Source of the DNA: Antedon mediterranea
Taxonomy: Eukaryota; Animalia; Echinodermata
Assembly: GCF_964355755.1 (NCBI RefSeq)
Contig: NC_092674.1
Location: 5,270,001-5,334,000 of the forward strand
Direction: 5' to 3'
Length of the DNA stretch: 64,000 nt
This document shows, piece after piece, positions 13,028-26,700 of this stretch (position 1 is the first letter of the stretch; each line of letters begins with the position of its first letter). The position numbers and the translations under genes were made by a program. Under the pieces are notes generated by a model. The model saw only the letters and a list, made by a program, of their open reading frames with translations, had not been told where the DNA came from and did not search any database.

Positions 13028-13395
13028 TTAAAGGACACCTTAATTAGCGATCATGTCAACATTATTCTACTGCAGTAACTACGTTTTGTTACTGCTGTAA
13101 TGCATGATTTCAGTCAAGATTATAAGTCAGCAGTCTCTGATACAATAAACAATGTGATTTATACATCCAAAAAAACCTTTATAAATAATTGCATTTAAAC
13201 AGATTGAAGAGTACACAAAATGTAGTTCCTGCAGTAACTGCAGTAGAATAATAATCATGATATCTTAGAGTAACCATACTTATGCAGAATCAATCATATT
13301 CGTTTATTGTTTAAAATAACAATGAATTTGAGGATGTTCTTATGTTTGAGCTTTAAAATATGTATTGTTTTATAGGAATAGTATTCAGATCTTAT

Positions 13396-13525
13396 GCTCT
13401 GTCTACACTATCAAACTTTATGTGACAAAAATATGTAATGTGCCCATATATGGACACGATGATGTCATATCATTACCATATTTGGTCACACCACAATTTT
13501 GTTGTCAAACTAGTTTGATGGTGAC
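13396..13525. mobile_element. MITE family A, decayed right end
   Basis: GCTCTGTCTACACTATCAAACTTTATGTGAC plus internal motifs. Confidence 0.75.
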
Positions 13526-13741
13526 GTTTTATAGATTCTTAAAGAAGAGATAATTCCAAATGATTAGGTATTGTGGTCTTATATTATGTCTGCTTTAACA
13601 AGGAGGGGGCATGGGTCCGAGTTTCTGCAGAGTCGCATTTATATCATAATATGAGATACTGAGGTTCTGTGTTGTATATTATAAAAGCGTTGGTACGAAA
13701 ATGAATGCGCACTTTACTGTGTTAAACTTGGTTTTCACTAA

Positions 13742-13938
13742 AGCGTGGTTCCCACTAGCGACGCAATCTACGCAACGTAAGCAAATGCCCTTCTAATAAT
13801 TGTGTTTGCCCCGCCTGCGTGAAATCAAACCTGCGATGTTTGCAGCACTATTGCGTCGTCGGTTTCCCACTTGCGATTACGAAATACAACGCTTTGCGTC
13901 GATACGTCGCTGCGTTGCGTTGTAGTGGGAACCATGCT
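13742..13938. mobile_element. MITE family C (TIR AGCGTGGTTCCCACTAG)
   Basis: TIRs; interior shared with 20038-20361. Confidence 0.8.
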
Positions 13939-15154
13939 TTAAACACGCAGTATTAGTTACTTGTCAGTGGTCAAATTGCATTATACTTTTACTAGGCCTA
14001 GTGGGAACCAAGCTTTATTGGCACGTGACATGCATAAACATTGTGGGTGTGGCCAAAGTTCAGTATACACTTCTTATAAAAGATTTTGATTAAAATATGA
14101 TTAGAAACATATCTATTGGAATCTGTTTGATTATGTCTTTTAAAAATTATACTATAAAGTTTGTTTTCAAATATTTTAAAGGGAATAATTAAAAAGTGAT
14201 CCAAACTGTTTATCCATACTTTTATCAAAATATTACAATATGTATTTTCTATTCTAAGTACGGTAAAAATGTCTTTATAAAGATATATATACTTATAAGT
14301 TATTTGCCTTTTATCCGAAACATATTTCTATGTAGAGTTATCCAAAAAGTGGTGGGTATGTGATATTTGACTTATATTTAATATATATTATGACTGTATT
14401 ACACTATATGAAAAAATTAATTAATCTTTCAAGCACCAAATAGGGTTACGGAATCTCCTCCATTTCCTGGAATGCTTACTGCTTGAAAATCCTTGTATAT
14501 TTATTACATAACCTTTATTTGACATTCAATCGTGTATTTGATACACTCTTAATTAAGTGTTTTCAATTTTTATTTTATAAATACATTTATGGTCTAATTT
14601 TGGATTTATGGTTTTATGTGGGTTAAAGTAATAAAATGCACAAACACAAAATAAATGTGCCTCTTATGTAATGTGCATTTTTGGTCTCGTTTCATTCATT
14701 AGCAAACGTTACTACAATACTAATTTTTTGGTTGAAAAGTGTTGCAGAGTTTACCTTTATTTTGAGGACACTTAAAAAAAACTTTACCAAATTGTTGTTA
14801 ACAAGCTAGTGTAGACTTAATAAGCAAAAGCGTGTTTCTGCGGTTTGCAGACGTTTGCTGACTTGTCTACACTAACTTTTGAACATTTTGTCTTGACAAC
14901 TCGGAGTTTTCTCGAGTTTGCAAACTAAAGTTTACCAGTGTAGACTGGGCCTTATGGTCTGAGTATGTAACAAATGGTATAGTATGATGCTAGTCGTGTT
15001 CAAGTATATTGCACGTGTGTCGGTTATTGTATTTACAGTAACAAACTTTACCAACTCCAAATGTTTGCAAAGTCTGGAGTTTGCCACTGTTTGGGAGAAG
15101 TTCTTTACTGTTCTAGTCTCGTTTTCGTCCACTTGCAAAATCACATTACTACAA

Positions 15155-15625
15155 TGGACCAAGATATGCTTCTTCCTCTTTATTAGACCGATTATGGAAT
15201 TTTCAGTAAAGGTTTGGTCTCCCAACTTAAAGACATCATAAAACTTGAAAAAGTGCAAAATAGAGCCACCAAGTTAGTACCAGAATTACAACAACTATCT
15301 TCTGACGAAAGGCTACATAGATTAGGACTCCCTACCATGCAACAAAGAAGAGAACGTGGTGACATGATTGAAACGTGTAAGATAGTAAATAGATTTGATG
15401 ACCTTGACATTACAACCTTCTTTTCCATCCGTCACAAACCAGGAGGTCACTTCCTCAGAGGCTACTCCCAAACACTATCAAAGTCCAGGCACAACACCAA
15501 AACAAGAGACACTTCTTTGACACAAGAATCATAGACAAATGGAACGCACTACCACAACATGTTATAGACAGTATTACTATAAATAGTTTCAAACTATCAT
15601 AATGACAAACACATTAACACATCCA
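15155..15625 (+). mobile_element. CR1-type LINE 3' fragment (ORF2 C-terminus)
   Basis: KDIIKLEKVQNRATKLVPEL...ERLHRLGLPTMQQRRERGDMIETCKI, then after a frameshift WNALPQHVIDS.TINSFK; interrupts a locally duplicated sequence. Confidence 0.9.
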
Positions 15626-17412
15626 AGAGAGGATGCAGTCAATACGAGTACTAACTCACTTGCCTCCTGAGGTTAGAATGATTTGATCGGCTGCGTTCAC
15701 ACTATACTTTGTCAGGAAGGGGAATAATAGCTTAACTTCTGACAAACTACTGTTTAACAAAAAAGTTAACATTTATTTTTTAAACAACCAGATGAAATTT
15801 TTTGAGAATAATGTAGGTTCTTTACTATTCTAGCCTCATCTTCGTCCACTTGGAGAATCACATGACTAGAATGATTTGATCGGCTGAGTTCACACTATAG
15901 TTTCTTCAATTGCCAAAGTCGTTCCTAAAGTTTGCCACTGCAGTCCTTCACATGCGTTGCTTTTTGAGATTTAACTCCTTACTTAGTGTTGTATAAAAAA
16001 AAACCGATAATTGAAAGTAAGATAAGAGAATACATAACAACAGTATATATTCTTGTTAATTCAATACGATATACTGTAATAAATAATGATTCATAAATCT
16101 TATCCAAAGAAAATGATTGCAAGGGTTACGATATTATATACAATACATTACGAAGCCGCACAAGTAAATTCTGTAGTTTAAACTAAGCTATTAAAACGAC
16201 AATAAACATTCGCTAAATACCAATATTTATCGAAACTACAAGCACTCGGCTTTAAGGCCCAATTAAAACGACAATAAAATGTAGAGGATAATTTATACGA
16301 TTTCTTGGGTAGTTGATTCAAGACAGAAGACACAAACGAATGTTCTACTTACGTAAGACATGATTTAATGAATGAATAAATGCTCTAGATTTAATGACCC
16401 AAGTAAGAAACAAACAACTATTACTTTGTTCTGCTACAAAAAAAATGGTTAATTATAAAAAAACAAAGTAACATGAAAGCTAATTCAGCTGGAAAATCGC
16501 GAACATTTCTAGTAAACACACTTTGTAAATAAATCGTAAAAAATATAAACGTTGATTTTTTTTATTGTTTCTTTTGCTTATCTGGACTCATTAAGTAGAT
16601 TTTGCGATGCACGTCACAGCAATTTACGACGGTGGCTGTACGGCAAGTGCGTGCGGCGATATCCTTAATCTCGCGATTGTTCTGAAATCATATTTTATTA
16701 CTGTAATTACTTTTAATGAACTGTACATAGGCCTACAATGTATTTGACTTATATCGAATTGTATTGATGTTTTTACATGGTGTTTTTATTACGAATGTAA
16801 CGGGGAGCTGAGTCTCACATTTTACAATTATTATGTGAAAATAAAGTATATCTATGTCTACATCCCTATTACGTTGTAGAAATATGATCCTCAATATTAA
16901 GTTGTATCACTACCAAGTAGGGATAATGAAAAAAAAAAGATTTATTATAAAAAAACAAAAGAACATTTAAAAGCTAATATAAAGTTGTATCATTACCAAC
17001 AAATAATTCATTATAAAAAAACAAAGTAACATTAAGTCAATATTAAGTAAGGATAATGAATTATCATTATAGTGAAACATGTACGATAATACGCTATCAT
17101 CAGTACTTAACATGTACGATGTGCTATCGACGAACACGAAATTAAACTAATCATTTAACCGTGTTATCATTATGTAATGATGTATACAATCTACATGATA
17201 CTACATGATATTCATCAAGTTTAGTTTTTGCATTTTAATTCGCAGAAATAAAGACGAAATATATAATAAAGAAAAAATCCGTCGTCCCAATAGTGATTTT
17301 TGTCCTCGTCACACCTAATGAATATTCATTAAGATAGCGAATACAACCATGGAGTCATTATATTACCCCGTGCATCGCTTGCCTGCGGAAAGTAAAGTAG
17401 GCGTTCCCGGTA

Positions 17413-17860
17413 ATTAACTATTGACTAATCAGAATCAACTTTCTTCTATCACTGACGGTACGACACGGCAAAATAAAATTGAAAGAAATTCGCAATATCA
17501 CATGATGTTTATAGTTTCCGCCAAATAATTCACAGAGAAGAAGTAAAAATCAGATACAAATCGGTTGTTTCTGTACTGAACTATTGACCAATCAGAAACA
17601 ACTTAATCTATCATTACCCATCACACACACACACACACGGCGAAATAATGAGATTAAATTGTATCTTTAACTATGATCACAATTATAATAATGTTTAGTT
17701 TCCGCCAAATAATTCACAGAGAAGACGTAAGAATCAGATAAAAAACCCACCGCCCCTGTACTGAACTATTGACCAATCAGAAACAACACCATTTTCCATT
17801 ACCGTACCTACACCCATCACACGGCGAAGTGATATGGAAAAGAAAATTGTATGTTTAACC
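17413..17860. repeat. Three diverged tandem copies of a 165-185 bp module
   Basis: AACTATTGACYAATCAGAA at about 17416, 17579 and 17764; ACACGGCRAA in each; GTTTCCGCCAAATAATTCACAGAGAAGA in two. Confidence 0.8.
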
Positions 17861-20037
17861 ACAAGTGAAATACACCTCGTTTAATGTTCTCATTCTCGTT
17901 CAATGACCTAGCCCAGAGTTATAGAAATGAATACCGTAATAAGTGTGATTACAAATAATTACAGTGAAAAACCTCGTTTAAATATTTTTCAATTACTGTG
18001 TCAGCTATAAAGATCAATCAGTCTGTTTGGAATATGATGTTTGACAGAAATCGTTAAATAAGCTTAGCAGACGACACGAAGAAACTCAAGGAGTACGCGC
18101 AACGCACATAATTTGACCAATCACAATCGACGGATTCATTCAACCGTATTATTGGCCAAATTTTTCTTCAGTCGTAAGTGGCAACTAAACTGTTTTAGGC
18201 CTAATACATAGGATCCAAGCTAACGGCTGTGGTGGTCATAATAAGCGTTATTTTGCTTCAGATAGATCGAGATATCTCGCCAAATTAACTAAGCAGGCCG
18301 TTCTTTCTTTAACCTGCTTAAGCTTCAATCGTACATTTACCGAGCAACTTGGCATACTGGAGTTTAGCTATTGATTTCTTCTCTGTTCAGATTATTTGTG
18401 CAGCTGAAATTGATTCGAAAGCTGTAAAGGTTTTAACGATCTCTTTTTGGACATCGGCGGTGCACGACGTCAATAGGAGTTCCGACAAACTTTCTTGTAA
18501 TTAAGATGGAACGTTCTATGCAGATTTTCAGACATAAAGATTGTGAGACTGGAACATTCCATGCAAATTTCTGAGTGAAATATTCCATGCAAATTGTCAG
18601 AATGGAACGTTCCATACAGATTGGAAGGCTGAGAGTAACTATCGAGAAAAAAAAAAGCCAAACAAAAATAAGATGACGTCTAAGAAGGAATGTACTACAA
18701 ATGCATCTAACATCACTTCTGAAATGTTTAGTTAAAATCCAACAAGATACAACTTACGGATTAATGGCCACGTTGATGAAGTTTCGTAAAGCTTAATTAT
18801 TTAGATGCTTAAGAAGTGACGTATTCCATTAATTAAAAGAACGTTGTAAAACCATTACAATACTTTAGGAGTAATTATAAACACTCTGAGTATATACTAC
18901 TGCATTTAGTCAAAAAGGCTATGAGCTTAGCAATTTTAAAAACATTGCGTCATTGCAAATAAGTTTTTTAGCAGCAGTCAGCGCGAAAATGTGTTTCTTT
19001 AGGCCTACTGTATTCGTATGTCGTTTTAACTAATCTTTTAGAAAAATGAATACTGACAAAGTTCATGCTCTGTATAATACCCAGGACGTTTTCTTTTTCA
19101 CTTCCCCCGTAATAGTAGGAACAATTTTTATTTGTAATTTTAGCAATAATTGATATCGATCTGAATTCTCACAACATAGTTTTGTACTGCAATTGTTGAC
19201 GTGTAAACATTCCGCGCTTCATCTTCCTTTATAACAAAACAAAGAAAGAACAAACTTATCTATCTTCATTCATATACCTAAATCTTCTCAATCTCCAGTT
19301 GTTTAATTCTCAGAACATATTTTTGTACTGCAATGGTTGACGTAAGTATTCAGCCCTTTTTGTTGTTGTTTTTCAGTCTTATTTTATAGATTTGATTTAG
19401 TGTTTCAGAGACTATGCTATTATTTTCCAAAATATTTAATACTAGACGGTTTTCTAAATTCTGGTTATGCTCAAATCTAGCATTTTAAAATGAATACTTT
19501 TAGTTAGACTGATATTGATCGAACAAATTTCAACCTTTTCACTACTTCGAAAAAAATAATCGACGACGAAAACTTCCGTTTAAAAGAATAATGTTGTCAG
19601 TTCTTTTGTGTGTATGGTGATGGATCACGAAACAAAACAGACGTAAGATAGATCACATTCTTCGCACTGTAACCCTTTCATATACATCATATTGAACAAT
19701 ACAATCGTTTCATGATTCTCCTTAATGTACGTCAATTTATTATGTAATAACCACAAGATATACAATACATTCGTTATCACGTGATTGCTATTCTTATGCA
19801 CTGCATGTTGTAAAGATGCGCGTGTTTCGAGCGCGGCAATTACGCAGCAAAGACGCCAATATGTTTGATGTATGAGGTTGGAATTACATACTCGATAATG
19901 AGTCTGGTCTGAAAGTGTTGGAGCCGTTATTGATTTCTTACGGGTTACGTCACAGATATGAAAATTAGTGACACATTATGGAACGAATGAATTAATTAAT
20001 TCAAGTAATCATGACAAACTAGTATTTTTCATTATAA

Positions 20038-20361
20038 AGCGTGGTTCCCACTAGAAATGCAAGAACGTAAAAACACAACGTAAATGATATGACAAATCAC
20101 CACCGATGGAGTATTCGAACTATCGCTTGTCATTGGTCAACACGCTTGCGTTGCGTTTGAAACGTAACGCAATCTACGCAACGTAAGAAAATGCCCTTCC
20201 AATCATTTTGTTTGCCCCCGCCTGCGTGAAATCAAACCTACGATGTTTGCAGCACTAATTGTGTCGCCGGTTCCCACTCAGGTGATTACAAAATACATCA
20301 CCTTGGGGGGGGGGGGGGGTCAATACGTTGCTGTGTTGCGTTCTAGTGGGAACCGTACGCT
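20038..20361. mobile_element. MITE family C
   Basis: TIRs; interior shared with 13742-13938. Confidence 0.8.
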
Positions 20362-21639
20362 TTAAGTCCTAGTGGGAACCAAGCTTTACGGGCTGTATTG
20401 CGTCTTACGAATAGACCATCCCGCGACCTGTTCAGATACCAATTTGTCACAGAAACTTTCAGCGCAGACGGCGCTATATCTTTTAATTCGATCGTCAAGT
20501 TTTGCAAACTACTTTTTCCGTACATTTGATTAAAAGTAACTTGTGATATTCAGACGATCGACGACTTGATGATGACGAATTTTATTCTCTTTTGATGATG
20601 GTGTTTCAATTTCATTTATCATAATATTTCATTTATTCCGCTATACTTTTTTACCAATACGGTACGTTACACACTTGTTGTTTTAAACCGACACACAGAT
20701 CATCAGATGTACTATACTGTATTTTTAGTCTGGGCTCCAGACTGAGTTTTGTCTTAATATTGGTAAAAAGATAAATATTTTTGCACATATGGCATTTCAT
20801 ACATGTATTACTTGATTTTATTTTCAGACAAAAATCAAAACGACGACGTGTGGAATGACATAAAAAAGACAATAAATACAGACTTGGAGCAAGTCTACTC
20901 AGTCGAGACGCAGAGTTGCGTGACCTCGAAATTATCACAATCTCGAAATTTGAATCGCCGCCATTGCTACCGGCGATCGAGAGAAAAAAGTTCTGAATTT
21001 CCGTGTAAAATTATGAGATTTTATTAACGATTTACAGGGTATTTTGTATTTATAAATAATATTTAAGGGATTTTACCTGTATAGAATTCAAAAATTCGAT
21101 CATATTTAGCCTAGCCAAGTGAAAGTTTGTGGCGACCTTAGCGTAGGCTACCGGCGACTGGCGTAGTGATGAGTAACTTTAGTCGAAAAAAATTTAATAA
21201 CTCACTGAAAATCGTATGAACAGTCACGGATTTTAGGTATATGACGTAAATATATATTCCAAACATTTCTACCAAAGGAAATCGTTAAACTCTCTTGAAG
21301 AAAAAAACGGCTGGATTCGTTTGAGTGAAGCGAATGAATTCTGAAATAGCAGCCATTTTCCGACGAGAGAAATGACGTAATGGCAATAGCCTTACAGCAC
21401 CAGACGGCTTAAAATGACGTCATGGCATTAGTCGTAGGGGAACCAGACTGCTTTTAATAAAAACTGTCAAGGTCCGACTGCATTACAGTATTTATGTGAT
21501 TTAATTTTAAATTCCATTTATTATTGTTATTAATTAATAAATATTAATTTACAATGCACAATCCATCACTGCAATCATCACACCACAAATTCTTCAAAAA
21601 CTACATAATAAAAATAAAACACAAAGAAGAATTTTTTAA

Positions 21640-23277
21640 ATTTATACTTTATTTTATTTCAACTCATAACTGTTGTATGATAAAAAATTATCATTAACAA
21701 ACTATCCTAAAATATACAAAAATGATTCTGGTAGAGTTATAAAACATTAAAAGTGTAATTTTAACTGAATGAATCTCTTTGGTATATTTTGGAGAACTGA
21801 GAAACATGTAACCTAATACAATTATGCAGCACAAATTTAAACATAAATACGATAACATTTAAAAAGACTAGATAGAAGTTAAATGCTGATAAAATAAATA
21901 AATATATATACTGTAATTATTATGCACTATACAATATTTACACTACCATGATGAAAGCTATACGGCAATATAACTGGAACAAATACTGGTTTATAAACTT
22001 ATTTATATTAGTTTGGATTAAGTAATTTCCAATAAAATGGAAATTGAATATAAAAACAAAACAGAAACCAGCCACCTGCTGAAATTTCTTAAATTTTTGT
22101 TTTTAAATAGCACCTATATTATTATTATTGAAATTAATCCTAGACAATGCAGAATGTAACGAGATGTTTTTATTTTTTTATACTGCATGTAAAAATACTA
22201 TTTTTATACTATTCTAAGACAAACAAATCTAATTATTATAATATTATTAAATAAAATCATATATATCATATAGTTCTATAACTTATTTACATAGCACACA
22301 TATTAAACTTGATATAAATTGGCGTAGTAAATGCACATGAAAGTTGGTTCACAACAGTAAGCAGACATTCTGGCTTGATACGGTATGCTGACTAATTGAG
22401 GTGATCAAACGCTGGCATCCAAACACCTGCAAAATAAAATAAAAAGAAAATATTACAGTATCATTGTATACTTCCTTTATAGGTTTATTTTAGTACATCT
22501 GGTGAGCTTGGTACCATCGATTTCTGGACGAGTGTTGAACACTCCAGCTGGCCTAGCATCAGCATAATAGCCTGGGCAGGAGCCGGCTGACTGGCTCTTC
22601 TCTGACTAGCTGCTAGGCCTAGATAGTATGCTCTACAGCTGGGACTAGGCCTAGGCCTAGGTGCATATAATAAAAAAAATTACAAATTTAGTTCCAATAG
22701 CATAGGGTAATTACTAATAGTTCAATCCGTACGAAATAACTATATAGGAAACTTCTAAACAGATCGGCCTAGCTAGCCCTAGTGGACAGTTGATCCGCCC
22801 TACTACTAGTTACAGTAGGCCGGCCCTATTTCTATATACAGACCGAAATCTCAATGTATTTTATTCAGTTTATAATTATAAATTTCCCCAAAATATAACT
22901 TCAAATAACATTATAATTGCGTGATAATCAATAAATAGTCGATCAAAACCTAATATGTCAAACCAAAGCCCCGTGATTGGTAAAGATTGATCTGTTAAAG
23001 CACAGGCGCTATCTACGATATAGCTAAGGAATACATACAAAGATGGCGGCGGCCCGAAAAAAGTGACTGCTCAACTTGCACTAAATTTTAATAGTTCTCA
23101 TGAATGAACAGAGCCAAATCTTTCTCAGAATATGTATTATATGTGTATTGAACACATACTAGAATGTTATTAATTTTGGCTTTTGAAGAAAAAATCGGCT
23201 GGTTTGTTTCAAACCAAAACAAACCAGAATCAAAACTTACCTCACGTGAGCCCTCGACAGCTACGATTTCGAAAAAT
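21640..23277 (-). ncRNA. Putative spliced lncRNA or micropeptide transcript divergent from PAK
   Basis: TATAAAA lies 31 nt before an Inr-like CCATTTT. Exon 23277-23241 ends GAG|GTAAGT, a second donor GTATGT is at 23038, and the acceptor TTTTATTTTGCAG precedes 22426. Minus-strand AATAAA near 22170 and 21650. No long ORF. 3' end approximate. Confidence 0.45.
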
Positions 23278-23700
23278 GGACGCCGATTTAAATGTCAGTC
23301 ATTTTATACGAAAAAAAGTCGGCGGGAAGATTCTTTCTATATTTGGTAAGCCTTTACCATATTTGGCAAGTGAATTAGGTTCCTGATTGGTGAAATTTTA
23401 CTGGATTTCTGAAGGCTCTTCCATGCAAAAATTCATCGCGGTTCGTCGCTAAGTGTAAACAATTTCTACTTCCTGGTATAAAAATGGCGCATGCGCAGGG
23501 GAAAATTAGCGATTTAACGGTCATTTGAGCACTCTGCGTCTCGACTGTACTGTGTGAAGATTATTTGTGTCTAGCGCCATCTATTTTTTGTGGAAGGAAA
23601 TGAAATGATTCTTATTTACTTCCGGGACTTATGTACAAAGTTGTCTAACAATATATCACATCCACCTAAGTACGCCAGTGACGTCATTTTCCATATAAGG
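22960..23700. promoter_or_regulatory. CpG-containing promoter cluster upstream of PAK, probably bidirectional
   Basis: YY1-like AAGATGGCGGC (23040) and AAAATGGCG (23481), NRF1 GCGCATGCGC (23487), ETS ACTTCC (near 23468 and 23618), CRE TGACGTCA (23679), CCAAT boxes (near 22976 and 23386), minus-strand TATA at 23302-23308. Confidence 0.65.
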
Positions 23701-26700
23701 TTTGTAACAAAACGGGAACGAAAAGTATACTAGGCCTATATGAAAACAAAACATTTAATTGAAGACATCACAAATTTGTAACGTATTAAATTATCTGTAT
23801 TACATATTCATTTGTTAGAAAGTATTTGATATTGGGTATATAGATAAAAAAAAAGGAAAGGGGAGTATAATTATTGAAAATAAATGTGAACATTTACAAA
23901 TATTGTAGGCCCCCTCGTATACTGATTTAATTGTAGCCTAGTCAAATTGTATGGATGGCAAGAGAAAAATAAAGAACGAATAAGGGGAAAAGAAAGGGAT
24001 CAAAGAAAAAGCTATCAATGAATAAATAACAGGTTAGTAGAATTCGTAAATAAATAAATTCAGCCGAAATTCGCAAACGAAGTACCAAACATGTGCACAC
24101 ACCAACCCTCTCTCTCTGGGTCATCTTCACTTTATACTGGATATGAAATAACAAAAGACCACCAGAGCGTGAAACCCTTTGGTTCAGCAGGCAAGAGGCT
24201 GACTTTAATATTTGTCGCTGTTTGTACTACAAGTACCCTGATTGTTCCGTTTCTAGGTATGTTATATTTTATTTGGAGTTATTCACTATATATATACATG
24301 TTGATAGGGTTTAATTATACTTTCAATATAGCTTAATATGACAAAATATGTCTGGAAAATCCACAAGATCTTCCCAGGCTTTGACTATGTGAATTCATGC
24401 CAGCGGATCCGCTGTGTTGTTTGGTGGTGGTGTGTTCACGAAGCCTGATGAAAATCCTTTTTCTGAGCCTACTTCCTGCTTAGGTGAAGGAAGCGATCAT
24501 TAGCTGTGCCTCAAATACGGTGTTTTTAGAATAGTATTATACACATGGGAAATAACCTATAACCGATTATGATTCTGTTTCCTTACAGAATAAGTTTATA
24601 TCAATTTTAATCCTATTTTGTCTGTATAATAATAAATATTCTATTTTTAGCCACCATACCAAACAAAATGATCGTTCAAGGCTTCAACAAAATGAGTCAT
24701 GCAGTTGTTTTTGGCCACATGTATAAACATTAAATTTACCAACACCACAACACTTCAATCTTGTTGCTAATTTAAGATTTACCAACTTAGCTCATACTAT
24801 ATATACAGACTGATGCCGTACTACAACATTACGATACAATGTTTTTGCTAACTGAAGATTTCAAATAATGTATTAGAAATTTTTTTAGAATAAAATTTCT
24901 GAAGAAAAAAAACTTCTAGACAATGTAATGTTTGATTCAGAGAAGATGATGACGATGATTAGTTTAATATTATCTGTATCCGTAACGTACAAACACCATC
25001 TCTGGTTATCGCGTTAGGGTCATGTGCAAAAATATTAATTTATAGCAAAGTATACTTTTGAGAAATTACTTTCGATTTTCGATGTCAATAGTGTTCAGTT
25101 GGTCTTTAAAAGTGGCAATATTTAGTGTAGTTCTAATGTTCCGGTCTAACTGGTTCCATTCAGGAATTGTCTTTTGACAGACGATGCTCAAATATGGCAT
25201 TAACAATTAATGAACAAATATCCAATATTAGTGTAAATCACATGTGTGATTTAAATATAAACCTGGTCTAAAGCACTTTTAAATTTACTGTTTGTTTGTA
25301 ATATATTGTATACTGTATGTTTTTGTATTCCATAATATAATATATAAACATCAAAAACAATTTAAAAAAAAACCAATGGGTTGGCCATGGCAACCAAATG
25401 GTTGAATTGGGTACTCACTTATAATAAAATGATTGCCAGGTGACTCGCACCCAAGTGCGCCATTCACAATAGTTTATAATAATAATAATAATAATAATAA
25501 ATACTTTATTTTAACACGGAAAAGCTTGTGTCACCATAAAGGTGTTCTTCTACAAGGCCGTGATCAACTAACAGTTTATCATGTGTGTGATCATAATAAT
25601 AATATAATATCTCTATGGTGTGATGCAACACAATTTCACTGATAATTAAAGATTGACAGAAGTGAGACTATAAACCACTGATTTTAATATTTTTACCTTT
25701 ATTAAATTATATATTAATTGCTATTTTTATTAGGCAGGAAATGCCACCATAAAATTCTAAAGTTTTATTTCGGTGAAGCTAAAAAATAATTACAATCATT
25801 TCCATTACAATACAATAATATATACAATACAATATTCTATTGACATTTATTCCAAAGCTCTTCCTTTAATGATTGTGTGATTTTTAGAATTCACTAGACC
25901 ATTGAATAATACATGAATTGAATTGAAAGCAAGAAGAAATGGCAGAGTATCCTGCAACAGGAACAAAGTAAATTAAAAATAGGATATCATTATTTTGAAA
26001 CTAACGGATCTAGGAGCCTCCTATTGTACTGTAGTAATTACTGTAGATCATAAATATTAGCATAAAGATCTGGAATTTTGAGAGGATACTTAAAGTTGTA
26101 TGAGTACTATATCTTTATGCAAGCAAGTTTCATTTTCCTGAGAATTTATACAACCTGATGAAATATATCAATTTATGTTTAGTTAGCCTCATTCACATAC
26201 GATATCATGTCTTGTATGAAAAAACTACACTTGGCTCAAAATCTATCTTTTGTGCCTGATCTTCTAAAAAGAAAACACCTATTTTTAATTAACAGTAGTT
26301 TTCTAATTTCATTATTATATTATTTATACTGTATTTTTTTATTTTTTTTAAACTAATTTTAAAAATTGACAACTTATTTACTTAGTAATATTCATTTTTC
26401 AAATTAGTTAAATTGTATGCTTTAGTAAGTCAAACTTAAATCCCTTATCTAGCAGATCTGCCCTTGCATTTAGCAAATGAGTCACTCAGTATGTCATAGA
26501 GTTGGTTGTCTGCCAGAAACGTATAACGTAGCTAAAATATTAAATTATTTACATTCCCAAAGACGACTGCAACGCAATCATACTGGATAACGTTATTGCG
26601 ATTATAAATTTGGATTTACGGTAATCATGCAAAGTAACTTTTCAACGCTTTATAGGTAGGACTGCATGTTTTGATCCCATATCACAACATTTTGTAAAAG

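Noticed and set aside
20726-21450. TIR element (Academ-like) with a 74-aa ORF
   Set aside because: The terminal match (AGTCTGG) is short, the TSD is unclear and the ORF is unrecognised; plausible but not supportable.
24380-24500. TGATGA...CTGA as a C/D snoRNA or hammerhead core
   Set aside because: The boxes are only about 10 nt apart, there is no upstream C box or terminal stem, and no GAAA for a hammerhead.
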